Positions 25,081-33,463 of a stretch of DNA of 64,000 nt are shown one piece after another. The stretch's first letter is position 1. Each line of letters opens with the position of its first letter. Made by a program: the position numbers and the translations under genes. Source of the stretch: Thermoanaerobaculia bacterium (GTDB lineage: Bacteria; Acidobacteriota; Thermoanaerobaculia; UBA5066). The stretch covers positions 14,611 through 78,610 of the forward strand of contig JBBRRY010000015.1 in assembly GCA_038245905.1 (NCBI GenBank). Direction: 5' to 3'. The notes under the pieces were generated by a model. It ran no database searches. It was not told the DNA's origin and saw only the letters and a list, made by a program, of their open reading frames with translations.

Positions 25081-26816
25081 ACGGCGCGCGACATTCTCTT
25101 CGCCGCCTCGTAAACGCGCGCGCGCCCCTCCTCGTTCTTCCCGAAGTCGTTCGCGAGGAGGACGAGGACGTACTCACGTCCGTCCGGCAGGCGGACGATC
25201 CCCGCGTCGTGCTGGACGGAGGAGATCGACCCCGTCTTGTGGGCGACGATGGCGCCCGACTGCGGGTGGAGGCCGGCGGGGATCTCCTCGTTAAACGTCT
25301 GTCCTGCGAGGATCTCCCAGGCCTTCGATTTCGCGGCGGCGGAAAGCTTTGGCGTCCGGACGGCGGCCTCCATGACCGCGCCCATGCCGGCCGCGTCCGT
25401 CTCGTTGTTGAGACCCTTGTCGAACGCCTTCGAGTCTTCGACGCAGCGCCGGACGTGGACGGTCGGCGCGCCGAGTGCGTCGGCGAGCTTCTGGACGTTC
25501 TCGGGCGCGACGAGCGAGAGGAGAATGTTCGTCGCGAGGTTGGACGAGCGGACGATCATCTCGGTCGCAAGGAACTCGACCGTGGCCGTCTTCCCGAGGT
25601 GCGCCACGGTAGGGCCGTCGTTGTCCTCGAGGCCGATCGAGAAGAGCGAACCGTCGACGAGGCTCTTGAACTCGTTCTTCACGGGCAGCTCGTCGGTCAG
25701 CCGAAGGCTTCCCGCGTCTACGCGGCGGAGCACCTCGAGGAGGACGGGCGTTTTCATCGTTGAGGCGGCGTGCATGACCAGGGAGGGATCCTTTGAAAGG
25801 GAAAGACCGCTGGCGAGATCCTTGAACCAGATGCCGAAGCGCGCCCCGCTCCCGTCGGCGATCGAGTCGAGCGTGCGCTGCAGGGCGCGCACTTTCGTCA
25901 CGCTGAGACGCGGCCCCTCTTCACCATCTAAGGAATTTCTCTTCAATCTCCTCGCATAACGAAACAGAGGCTTCAGGAACGGGCTGTCGAACGGCGTGAT
26001 CTGGACGCCAGGGACGTTGTGCCTTGTGGACTGAAGGACCGTTCCGTCGCCGATCCACATCGCCTCGTGGTCGATCTTGTCCGGCGTCCCGAAGAAGAGG
26101 AGGTCGCCGGGCTGGAGCTTCTCGAACGCGACGGGGACGAGCTGCGGGTCCTGAAACGCTTGTTCGGAGCTGTTCCTCTTCAGCGTGACGCCGTGCTCCG
26201 AGAAGATCCGCGCCATCAGGCCGGAGCAGTCGAACCCGAGGGGCGTCGTCCCGCCCCACGTGTAGGGCGCGCCGAGGAAGCGCCTGCCGAAGGAGATCCA
26301 GGAAGAGGGGGAGGAGAGAGGGGAAGAAGAGGGAGCTTCTTTGAAGGGTAAGAAGGAGACGTCGCACGCGGCGATGTAACCGCTGCGCCCGTCCGGCAGG
26401 ACGACCCGCACCCACGAATACGGGTCCCCCTCTTTACCTTCAAAGAAATCCGAAAAACCCAGGGTTGCTCCAACCGGGGCCGTGAGAAGCGGCTTCTGCT
26501 TTGTGAACGAAGGTGCCGCGTATACGTGGGCGAAGTTGGACGTCACGCGCGCGACCTTCGCTCCCGCCGCCGGCGGCGCGTCGCCCCGGCGGAGTGCCCG
26601 CTCGGGGATCCACGCAACCTCGCCCGCGGCCGTCCGTACCTTCGCGAAGCCGGCGGCGTCTTCGAGGACGGTCACGCGGTCGCCTAGGATCGCCTGGTCG
26701 TCCACGCTCGACGTCTCGTCCGGCCTCACGAAGAGGTCCTCGACGGCGGTGACGACGACCGCCGTTTTCGCCGGAGAGAGGGAAAAGAGGAGGAAGGCTG
26801 CCGCAAACGTGCGCAT
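25056..26816 (-). CDS. Secreted 2xSH3b + NlpC/P60 (YkfC-like gamma-D-Glu-diamino acid endopeptidase) fused to a class A beta-lactamase-fold serine hydrolase domain
   Basis: Start chosen at MRTFAAAFLLFSLSPAKTA, comp(26814..26816); upstream ATGs are possible. NlpC/P60 signatures YTWGGTTPLGFDCSGLMARIF and IDHEAMWIGDG. C-terminal domain has S-x-x-K (ASTMK), SxN (RSSNLATN) and KTG (AHKTGSI). Confidence 0.8.
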   Translation of the reverse strand: MRTFAAAFLLFSLSPAKTAVVVTAVEDLFVRPDETSSVDDQAILGDRVTVLEDAAGFAKVRTAAGEVAWIPERALRRGDAPPAAGAKVARVTSNFAHVYAAPSFTKQKPLLTAPVGATLGFSDFFEGKEGDPYSWVRVVLPDGRSGYIAACDVSFLPFKEAPSSSPLSSPSSWISFGRRFLGAPYTWGGTTPLGFDCSGLMARIFSEHGVTLKRNSSEQAFQDPQLVPVAFEKLQPGDLLFFGTPDKIDHEAMWIGDGTVLQSTRHNVPGVQITPFDSPFLKPLFRYARRLKRNSLDGEEGPRLSVTKVRALQRTLDSIADGSGARFGIWFKDLASGLSLSKDPSLVMHAASTMKTPVLLEVLRRVDAGSLRLTDELPVKNEFKSLVDGSLFSIGLEDNDGPTVAHLGKTATVEFLATEMIVRSSNLATNILLSLVAPENVQKLADALGAPTVHVRRCVEDSKAFDKGLNNETDAAGMGAVMEAAVRTPKLSAAAKSKAWEILAGQTFNEEIPAGLHPQSGAIVAHKTGSISSVQHDAGIVRLPDGREYVLVLLANDFGKNEEGRARVYEAAKRMSRAVWEAMIAP

Positions 26817-26841
26817 CCCGGGATTCCACCATAATCCGGCC

Positions 26842-27993
26842 ATGACGCAGCCTCCTTTCCCCTCCCTCTCCCGCCGTGAACTCATTTTCTCGTCCGCTGC
26901 CGCCGCCGCGGCTTCCGCGCTGCCCGAGGCCCTGCTCGCGGAGGCTCCTTCGGGTCCGTCCCCTTCGTCGCCCTCTCTCTCCTACCGCGCTCTTCCCTTG
27001 AAGCTCGCACACACGTGGACGATCGCGCGCGGTTCTTCGGACACGAAGACGAACGGTCTCCTGTCGCTCTCGGGCGAAGGCGTGACGGGATACGGCGAGG
27101 CCGCCGCGAACAAGCGCTGGAACCAGAGTTTCGAGACGTCGGAGGCGGCGTTCGCGAAGGTGAAGGCGGCCGTCGCGGGGCTTTCGCCCTGGGAGCACCT
27201 GACGTGGCTCGAGCGTGCCGAGAAAGAGGCCGGGCCCGACAGCGAAGTCGTCGCCGCGCTCGACCTCGCGCTATGGGACTGGAAGGGCAAGAGGCTGAAC
27301 CGTCCGGTTCACGAGCTTCTTGGAATCCCGAAGGGCCGCATGTCGATCACGACATTCTCGATCGGGATCGACACCGCGGAGGTCATGAAGCAGAAGGTCC
27401 TGGAGGCCGCGGCGTTTCCGAGGTTGAAGATCAAGATCGGCCTCCCGAACGACGAGGAGAACATCGCGGCGATCCGGTCCGTGACCGACAAGCCCATCAC
27501 CGTGGACGCGAACGAGGGCTGGACGAGCGTGGACGAGGCGAAGAAGAAGATCGCGTGGCTGAACGGCGTCAAACCCCTCTTCCTCGAGCAGCCCATGCCC
27601 GCGGCGATGGACGGCGAGATGGTGAAGCTCAAGGGCCTCGCGACGTTTCCGATCCTGGGCGACGAGGGGGTGCTGCATGCGTCCGACGTGGCCGCCAAGG
27701 CCGGGCTGTTCGACGGCGTCGTCCTGAAGCTCGCAAAGTCGGGCGGCATCACCCGTGTCTACGAGATGGCGGCCGTCGCCCGCGCCCACGGCCTCAAGCT
27801 GATGCTCGGCTGCATGATCGAGTCGTCGCTCGGCATCGCGGCGGGCGTCGCCGTGGGTCCGCTCTTCGACTGGCTCGACATCGACGGCAATCTCCTCCTG
27901 GCGTCAGACCCGTTCAAGGGCCTCTCGATCGCGAGCGGCCGGTGGGCGCTGCCCGAGGGACCCGGCCTCGGCGTCGTTTTCGCGGGCGTCTAG
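26842..27993 (+). CDS. Dipeptide epimerase (L-Ala-D/L-Glu epimerase-like, enolase superfamily) with a Tat-type signal peptide
   Basis: Start MTQPPFPSLSRRELIFSSAAAAAASALP (SRRxLIF twin-arginine motif). LKIKIGLPNDEENIAAIR, ITVDANEGW, LEQPMP and DEGV are the MR/MLE-type metal and acid-base motifs. Confidence 0.85.
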   Translation: MTQPPFPSLSRRELIFSSAAAAAASALPEALLAEAPSGPSPSSPSLSYRALPLKLAHTWTIARGSSDTKTNGLLSLSGEGVTGYGEAAANKRWNQSFETSEAAFAKVKAAVAGLSPWEHLTWLERAEKEAGPDSEVVAALDLALWDWKGKRLNRPVHELLGIPKGRMSITTFSIGIDTAEVMKQKVLEAAAFPRLKIKIGLPNDEENIAAIRSVTDKPITVDANEGWTSVDEAKKKIAWLNGVKPLFLEQPMPAAMDGEMVKLKGLATFPILGDEGVLHASDVAAKAGLFDGVVLKLAKSGGITRVYEMAAVARAHGLKLMLGCMIESSLGIAAGVAVGPLFDWLDIDGNLLLASDPFKGLSIASGRWALPEGPGLGVVFAGV

Positions 27994-28007
27994 CGCCTGT
28001 CAGGACG

Positions 28008-28883
28008 TCAGGTCCGAGGCACGAGTGCGATCTTCGGGCGCTCGCCCGAGCGGGTGAGCCCGCGCGAGCGCAGAAGGCGGTGGTCCGCGCGTGCGATCGT
28101 CTTCTCGAGTGTCTCGCCGTCTTCGCGCGCGGCCCAGCCAAGAGAAAAAGGCACGAGAAGCTCGCGTTCGGCCATGAACGTCAGACGCTCGCTCATCTTC
28201 TCGGTTGCCGGTGCATCGGCCCCGTCGAGAAGCAGCAGGAACTCGTCGCCCCCCATCCGCACCGTGGATTCCTCGGCGCGCGAGGCTCGCATGAGGAAGC
28301 GCGCGACCCGGTTGAGCACGGCGTCGCCCGCCTGGTGCCCAAATTCGTCGTTGTAATGCTTGAAGTGGTCGATGTCGACCATGACGCACCCCCACGAGCC
28401 GCCCGCGTCCCCGTGACGCGCGACGAACTCGGTGAGGTAGCGGCGGTTCCAACAGCCCGTGAGCGGGTCGCGAAGGGTCTGGTCCAGGAGACGGTCCTCG
28501 AGCTGTTTTCGGTCCGTGATGTCGATGAGGATGCCCTGGAGGTAGACCTCCGTCGTCTCGGGATCGACGCAGCGGTACGCGGTGTCGATAACGGTCCGGA
28601 TCTCGCCGTCCCTGCGCCGGATCTGAAATTCGAAGTCGCGCACGGCTCCGTCGCGCTCGAGGACGAGCAATTCCACCTCGCGCCGTGACGGGTCGACGAG
28701 ATAGTCGGCACTCGCATGCTGCCGCGCTTCCTCGAGAGACGCGAAGCCCAGCATCTCGAGAAATGCCGGGTTGCCGTCGACGATTCTCCCCGCCGCGTCG
28801 GTGACGTAGATACCCTCACGCAGGTCGCGTACGAATCGGCGCAACGCCTCAGCGTCGTCGAGACGGGAGAACCGGCTTGGCAT
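28008..28883 (-). CDS. PAS-domain diguanylate cyclase (GGDEF)
   Basis: PAS region GIYVTDAAGRIVDGNPAFLEMLGF. RDPLTGCWNRRYL..., VMVDIDHFKHYNDEFGHQAGD and an intact GGDEF (RMGGDEFLLLL). Confidence 0.88.
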   Translation of the reverse strand: MPSRFSRLDDAEALRRFVRDLREGIYVTDAAGRIVDGNPAFLEMLGFASLEEARQHASADYLVDPSRREVELLVLERDGAVRDFEFQIRRRDGEIRTVIDTAYRCVDPETTEVYLQGILIDITDRKQLEDRLLDQTLRDPLTGCWNRRYLTEFVARHGDAGGSWGCVMVDIDHFKHYNDEFGHQAGDAVLNRVARFLMRASRAEESTVRMGGDEFLLLLDGADAPATEKMSERLTFMAERELLVPFSLGWAAREDGETLEKTIARADHRLLRSRGLTRSGERPKIALVPRT

Positions 28884-28923
28884 GGTGGGGTGGGATCCTA
28901 TAACGAACGCTTGGGGCGGTTTG

Positions 28924-30519
28924 TCAAGGCGTGGTCGAAGCCGAATGCCCGTTCAGTTTCTCCGCGAGGGCGAGACCGCGTCTCATGATTTCGTTCCACG
29001 GGAAGAGGGCGCCGGGGTCGTTCTTGCGGTCCGGGGCGATGTGCTGATGCCCGGCGATCCACGGCGACTCGAGCTCGAACATCGCCGTGAGAACGCCCAC
29101 GAGCCGGACGACGGTCTCGATTTGCGCGGGCGTGAACGGATACCGGTTTCCGTCCCCCGTGATCTCGACGCCGACGGACGTGCGGTTCACGGCCATCCGC
29201 CCGTGCAGGAGAGACGCGCCCGCGTGCCACGCCCGATGCTCGAGCGAGACGAACTGCACGAGGCGGCCATCGCGTTCGACGAGGAAGTGCGAAGAGACCC
29301 TGCTCTCGGGTTTCTGGAAGAGCTCGATGCACTCTTCGTCCGTGTCCTGCGCGGTGTGGTGGAGGACGAGGGCCGAGATCGGCTCGATCTTCCACGGCAT
29401 GTATCCGTCCCACCAGGAGTTCGGCATCGGGATGAGGCAGGCGTCCGTCTCGTCCCCGCCGGCGGCCCGCCAGAGGTCCCAGAAGCGGCGGTCCCCGTCC
29501 CGGAAGACGCGGTCGAGGTGCGGCGCGCCTGGGTTCGCGCGGGCCTCGGCGAGCGTCGTCTCCGCGCGGGGCACGGGCGGCACGAGGACGGGGGGAAGAA
29601 AAGGCTCGACGACAGGCGGAAGGTCCGGCAGCGAGGCGGACCAGTCGTTCACGATCCCTGCGGCGATATCGCCCATCGCGCGGATGGCGGTGGTCGCGCT
29701 TCCCTTCGCGTCGGGGATGCGGTCGGCAAAGGCGACCAGGACGAACCGGCCCTTCTTCGTCGTGAGGATGCCCGAGTCGTTCCGAACGCCTCCGTAGCTG
29801 CCCGTCTTGCCGGCCCACGACGTCCCGCTCTCGTGCAGGAGAAGCCGGGGCAGGCGGTCGTGCGTGTGCTGCGTCGCAAGGAGCTTCGCGAGAAGGCGAT
29901 CGCCCGCCGGACCCGTGAGCGTGCGCGTCGCGACGCGCCTGTAGAACTCCGCCGTGTCCTCGGGCGTCATGCTCCCAAGGGGCGGCCATTTCGGCGGCTC
30001 CTGTCCTCGACTCGGGATACGGCCGACGAGCCGGATTCCCGGCAGGCCGAGCGCGGCCATGCGGGTGTTCACGGCTTCGGCGCCGAAGAGGTCGATGAAG
30101 CGCTCGGCCGCCGTGTTGTCGGAGATCGCGATCATAAGCTGCAGGAGATCGCGATTCGTGGGCGTGAGACCCGGATCGAATTCGTCCAGCATCCCGGAGC
30201 CGGCGGCCACGTTCTTCGCGGTCAGCCTCCAGCGATCCGTCAGGTCGAAGCGGCCCTCGCGCTCGAGGGCGACGGCCTCGGCGAGGAGAGCGATCTTGAT
30301 GACGCTTGCGCCTTCGAAGTTGTCCGTGGCGTTCAGCTCCAGGCGTCTCCCGCTCTCGACGTGGAGCGCGACGATTCCCATGCGCGCCCCGCTGCCCGCC
30401 GCGAGCTTCGCGACGCGGCGGGCGAGGCCCGCGTCCGGAGGTGACACGCGCAGCGAAGGCGGAAGAGTCGCGCATGAAGAAAAAAGAAGCAGCCCGGCGA
30501 CGGGGAGGAGGCGCCTCAT
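28924..30519 (-). CDS. Lipoprotein: class A beta-lactamase-fold domain fused to an N-acetylmuramoyl-L-alanine amidase (Amidase_2/AmpD-PGRP type)
   Basis: Lipobox-like MRRLLPVAGLLLFSSC. N-terminal domain has SVIK (SxxK), SDN (ISDNTAAE) and KTG (AGKTGSYGG). C-terminal domain has LVLHHTAQ, SSHFLVERDGRLVQFV, RAWHAG and GHQHIAPDRKNDPG (zinc amidase motifs). Confidence 0.8.
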   Translation of the reverse strand: MRRLLPVAGLLLFSSCATLPPSLRVSPPDAGLARRVAKLAAGSGARMGIVALHVESGRRLELNATDNFEGASVIKIALLAEAVALEREGRFDLTDRWRLTAKNVAAGSGMLDEFDPGLTPTNRDLLQLMIAISDNTAAERFIDLFGAEAVNTRMAALGLPGIRLVGRIPSRGQEPPKWPPLGSMTPEDTAEFYRRVATRTLTGPAGDRLLAKLLATQHTHDRLPRLLLHESGTSWAGKTGSYGGVRNDSGILTTKKGRFVLVAFADRIPDAKGSATTAIRAMGDIAAGIVNDWSASLPDLPPVVEPFLPPVLVPPVPRAETTLAEARANPGAPHLDRVFRDGDRRFWDLWRAAGGDETDACLIPMPNSWWDGYMPWKIEPISALVLHHTAQDTDEECIELFQKPESRVSSHFLVERDGRLVQFVSLEHRAWHAGASLLHGRMAVNRTSVGVEITGDGNRYPFTPAQIETVVRLVGVLTAMFELESPWIAGHQHIAPDRKNDPGALFPWNEIMRRGLALAEKLNGHSASTTP

Positions 30520-30577
30520 CGTTCTCCCGTTCTAACATGGACGAATCGAGAAAGAGCAGCGCCTTGCCGCCCTCGAC

Positions 30578-31663
30578 ATGTTTCGCGGCCTGACGGTTGT
30601 CGGGATGGTGTTCGTCAACAACCCGGGCGATTGGGGGCATCTCTACTGGCCATTCGACCATGCGGAGTGGCACGGCTGGACGCCGACGGACCTCATTTTT
30701 CCGTGGTTCCTGTTCATCGTCGGCGTCGCGGGCGTCTTCTCGCTCGAGAAGCGCTTGGCACAAGGGGCAGACCGCCTCGACCTCGCGCGCCATGCCTTTC
30801 GTCGAGGGATGACGATCGTCTTCGTCGGCTGGCTGATGGCGTTCTACCCGTTCCTGCCGTTTCTCGAGCGCCTCTCGCGCCTCAGGATCCCCGGCGTCCT
30901 TCCGCGAATCGGCGTTGCGTTCGTTTTTGGAACGTGGATCGTTCTCGCGGCCTGGAAGCGGCGCATTTTCGGGGTCGCAGCGGCGGTCGTGGCGCTTCTC
31001 GCCCTGCATACGTGGATTCTCCTCGGGACGGGCTGCGACCTCACGCCTACCGGAAATGCCCAGCGCGCCGTGGACCTCGCGGTTCTCAAGGGTCATCTCT
31101 GGAAGAACGTGCAGGGCTGGGACCCCGAAGGGATCGTCTCGACGCTGACGGCGATCGCGACGATGCTCACCGGCACGCTGACCGGCTTTCTCCTGAGGGG
31201 CGGGGCGGGCGTGAAGGCGAAGGTCGCGCGTCTCATGACGATCGGGGCTGCCGCCACCGCAGCGGGACTCCTGTGGGGCCGGTTTCTCCCGATCAACAAG
31301 AACCTCTGGACGGCGTCGTACGTCGTTTTCACGTCGGGCGCAGCCCTTCTCGCGGTCGGCGTCTGCGTCCTCGCGATCGACGTCCTCGGGTGGAGAAAGC
31401 CCTTCGGCGTCTTCTTCACGTTCGGCACGAACCCGCTCCTCGTCTTCGTGCTCTCGGGCTTCCTTGCGAAGACGATGGGCCTGATCAAGTGGACGGACGT
31501 CGCCGGAAAGGCGATCACGCTTCACACGTGGCTCTACAGAACGTGGTTTTCCTGGATCGCGGACCCCACGTTGCGCTCGCACGCGTTTGCGCTCGTGACG
31601 ATCCTCTTTTGGTGGGTGGTCCTGCGCGCCTTCGAGAAAAAGGGCTGGTTCTGGAAGATCTGA
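30578..31663 (+). CDS. DUF1624/DUF5009 membrane protein (heparan-alpha-glucosaminide N-acetyltransferase-like; NagX-like)
   Basis: MFRGLTVVGMVFVNNPGDWGHLYWPFDHAEWHGWTPTDLIFPWFLFIVGV plus about 10 TM segments. The in-frame upstream codons (..EQRLAALD) also look family-like but contain no canonical start. Confidence 0.75.
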   Translation: MFRGLTVVGMVFVNNPGDWGHLYWPFDHAEWHGWTPTDLIFPWFLFIVGVAGVFSLEKRLAQGADRLDLARHAFRRGMTIVFVGWLMAFYPFLPFLERLSRLRIPGVLPRIGVAFVFGTWIVLAAWKRRIFGVAAAVVALLALHTWILLGTGCDLTPTGNAQRAVDLAVLKGHLWKNVQGWDPEGIVSTLTAIATMLTGTLTGFLLRGGAGVKAKVARLMTIGAAATAAGLLWGRFLPINKNLWTASYVVFTSGAALLAVGVCVLAIDVLGWRKPFGVFFTFGTNPLLVFVLSGFLAKTMGLIKWTDVAGKAITLHTWLYRTWFSWIADPTLRSHAFALVTILFWWVVLRAFEKKGWFWKI

Positions 31664-31664
31664 G

Positions 31665-32609
31665 TCAGTCCGTGTCGAGGATGCGGCGCGGGACGTTCGA
31701 GGCCATCCGGCGGGCCGATTCGGGCGGGAGGCCGAGCGATGCGGCCCGGCTGACGCAGTCGTCGAGGAGCGCCGTCGAGCCCGCGAGCGCGCCCGACGCG
31801 TTGCGCGCGGCCCCGCCCTTCACGGTCAGCGTCTCCCCCCAGACCGCGTAGTCGCCGTCGGCCAGGCCCGCCGCGGGCATCGCGTCGCTGATGAGGGCGA
31901 CGCGGTCTTCTCCCTTCACCTTCAGGACGAGTCGCAGCATCTCCGGCGCGAGGTGCTGCCCGTCCGCGATGACGTCGACCGTCACGCCGTCCGTCACGAG
32001 GCCCCAGCCGATCGGGCCGACATCGCGGTGGTGGAGCGGCTTCATCGCGTTGCCGAAATGCGTCATGTGCCGCGCACCGGCCGCGAGCGCGGCGTCGAGC
32101 GTGGAGGCGTCGGCCTCCGTGTGGCCGATCGAGACGACGAACCCACGCTTCACGAACTCCTTCACGACCGCGATGCCTCCGGGGATCTCGGGCGCGAGCG
32201 TCGTCATCCCGCGCCCCGGAGCGCTCGATGCGATCTCGAAAAACGCGCCGAGCGCGAGGGCGTCTCTCCCGTCGAGGAAATCCTCGCGGTGGAGAGCACC
32301 GCAGCGCGCGCGGGAGACGAACGGCCCCTCGAAGTGAATGCCGAGCGGCAGCGCGCCCTTCCCGTCCCCCGGCCGGCGCGACCGAATCCACGCGGAAAGC
32401 CGCGCCACGGCAACGGCCATCTCCGGCAGCGGCAGAGGGATGAGCGTAGGCAGGAAGCCAGAGACGCCGCGGGACGAGAGCCCGAACGCGAGCCTGTCCA
32501 TGTCGGCGGCCGACGCCGTGACGACGTCGATGCCGAAAGCGCCGTGGATGTGGAGGTCGATGAAAGCAGGGGACGCAGAGGAAGACGAATTCTTTGTTCC
32601 GGAGCTCAC
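31665..32609 (-). CDS. nagA: N-acetylglucosamine-6-phosphate deacetylase, short form (TIM-barrel core only)
   Basis: GTG start in a GTGA overlap with the murQ stop. FIDLHIHGAFG (HxH), GIHFEGPF, SIGHTEA, HMTHFGNAM and ISDAMPAAG are NagA metal and substrate motifs. At 314 aa it appears to lack the usual N- and C-terminal beta-sandwich strands. Confidence 0.8.
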   Translation of the reverse strand: MSSGTKNSSSSASPAFIDLHIHGAFGIDVVTASAADMDRLAFGLSSRGVSGFLPTLIPLPLPEMAVAVARLSAWIRSRRPGDGKGALPLGIHFEGPFVSRARCGALHREDFLDGRDALALGAFFEIASSAPGRGMTTLAPEIPGGIAVVKEFVKRGFVVSIGHTEADASTLDAALAAGARHMTHFGNAMKPLHHRDVGPIGWGLVTDGVTVDVIADGQHLAPEMLRLVLKVKGEDRVALISDAMPAAGLADGDYAVWGETLTVKGGAARNASGALAGSTALLDDCVSRAASLGLPPESARRMASNVPRRILDTD

Positions 32610-33463
32610 GGGAGGTTTCGCTCCGGAGGCGAGGTCAATGCGGCGGCCACGTTTGAAGATTGCTTAGAAAGGTAATCGTCCGCGGCCTCGCACGAAAGTC
32701 CCCATTTCGCCGAGACGAGCGCGGTGGGCAGCCGCCACCCACACCTTCTAAGAAAATCTTCCGCGTTCTCTTCGGACGTGCCCGCAATGTCCCGGACGAT
32801 CCTCACGGCGCGCGTCTTCAGTTTCTCGTTCGTCGGCTGCATCGCGACCATCTCGTCCCGGTAGACGAGGCCGCGCCTCGCCATGACGGCGGTCGAAAGC
32901 ATGTTGAGGGTGATCTTCTGCGCGGTTCCGGCCTTCAGGCGGCTGGACCCCTCGAGGACTTCCTTTCCCGTGTCGAGAAGGATGGCGATGTCGGCCAGCT
33001 TCTCGATCGGCCCGCCCGGGCGGCACACGACGGCGATCGTGAGGGCGCCCGCGCTCTTCGCGTGCTCCAGCGCGCCGATCACATAAAGTGTCACCCCGCT
33101 CGCGGCGATGCCGACGACGGCGTCCTTCCCCGTGAGGCCGGCGATGGAGAGGTCTTTCCCGCCGGCATCGGCGTCGTCCTCCGCGCCCTCCACGGCCTCG
33201 AACATCGCCGCCCGCCCGCCCGCGAGGAGCGCGACGACGAGCGAAGGATCCGTCCCGAAGGTGGGCGGAAGCTCCGCGGCGTCCAACGCGCCGAGGCGGC
33301 CGCTCGTCCCCGCTCCGGTATAGAACCACCGGCCGCCCGTCTCGAGCCGCTCGGCGATCGCGTCGGCCGCGCGCGCGATCGCGGGAAGGGCGGCCGTGAG
33401 CGCGACCTCGACCGCCCGATCGGCTTCGTGGAGACGCGTGACGAGATCGAGCGAATCGCTCAT
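32606..33463 (-). CDS. murQ: N-acetylmuramic acid 6-phosphate etherase (SIS domain)
   Basis: GGRWFYTGAGTSGRLGALDAAELPPTFG... and IAASGVT.., ..EGSSRLKAGTAQKITLNMLST are the characteristic MurQ motifs. Confidence 0.9.
   Translation of the reverse strand: MSDSLDLVTRLHEADRAVEVALTAALPAIARAADAIAERLETGGRWFYTGAGTSGRLGALDAAELPPTFGTDPSLVVALLAGGRAAMFEAVEGAEDDADAGGKDLSIAGLTGKDAVVGIAASGVTLYVIGALEHAKSAGALTIAVVCRPGGPIEKLADIAILLDTGKEVLEGSSRLKAGTAQKITLNMLSTAVMARRGLVYRDEMVAMQPTNEKLKTRAVRIVRDIAGTSEENAEDFLRRCGWRLPTALVSAKWGLSCEAADDYLSKQSSNVAAALTSPPERNLP

Noticed and set aside
25056-30519. The two class A beta-lactamase-fold domains as antibiotic-resistance genes
   Set aside because: Both are fused to peptidoglycan hydrolase domains and sit within a muropeptide-recycling context with no mobile-element signatures. 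Resistance cannot be inferred from the SxxK/SDN/KTG motifs alone.
28898-31582. 894-aa minus-strand ORF spanning the amidase and DUF1624 genes
   Set aside because: It is Arg/Pro/Glu-rich low complexity. It overlaps two well-supported genes on different frames and strands.
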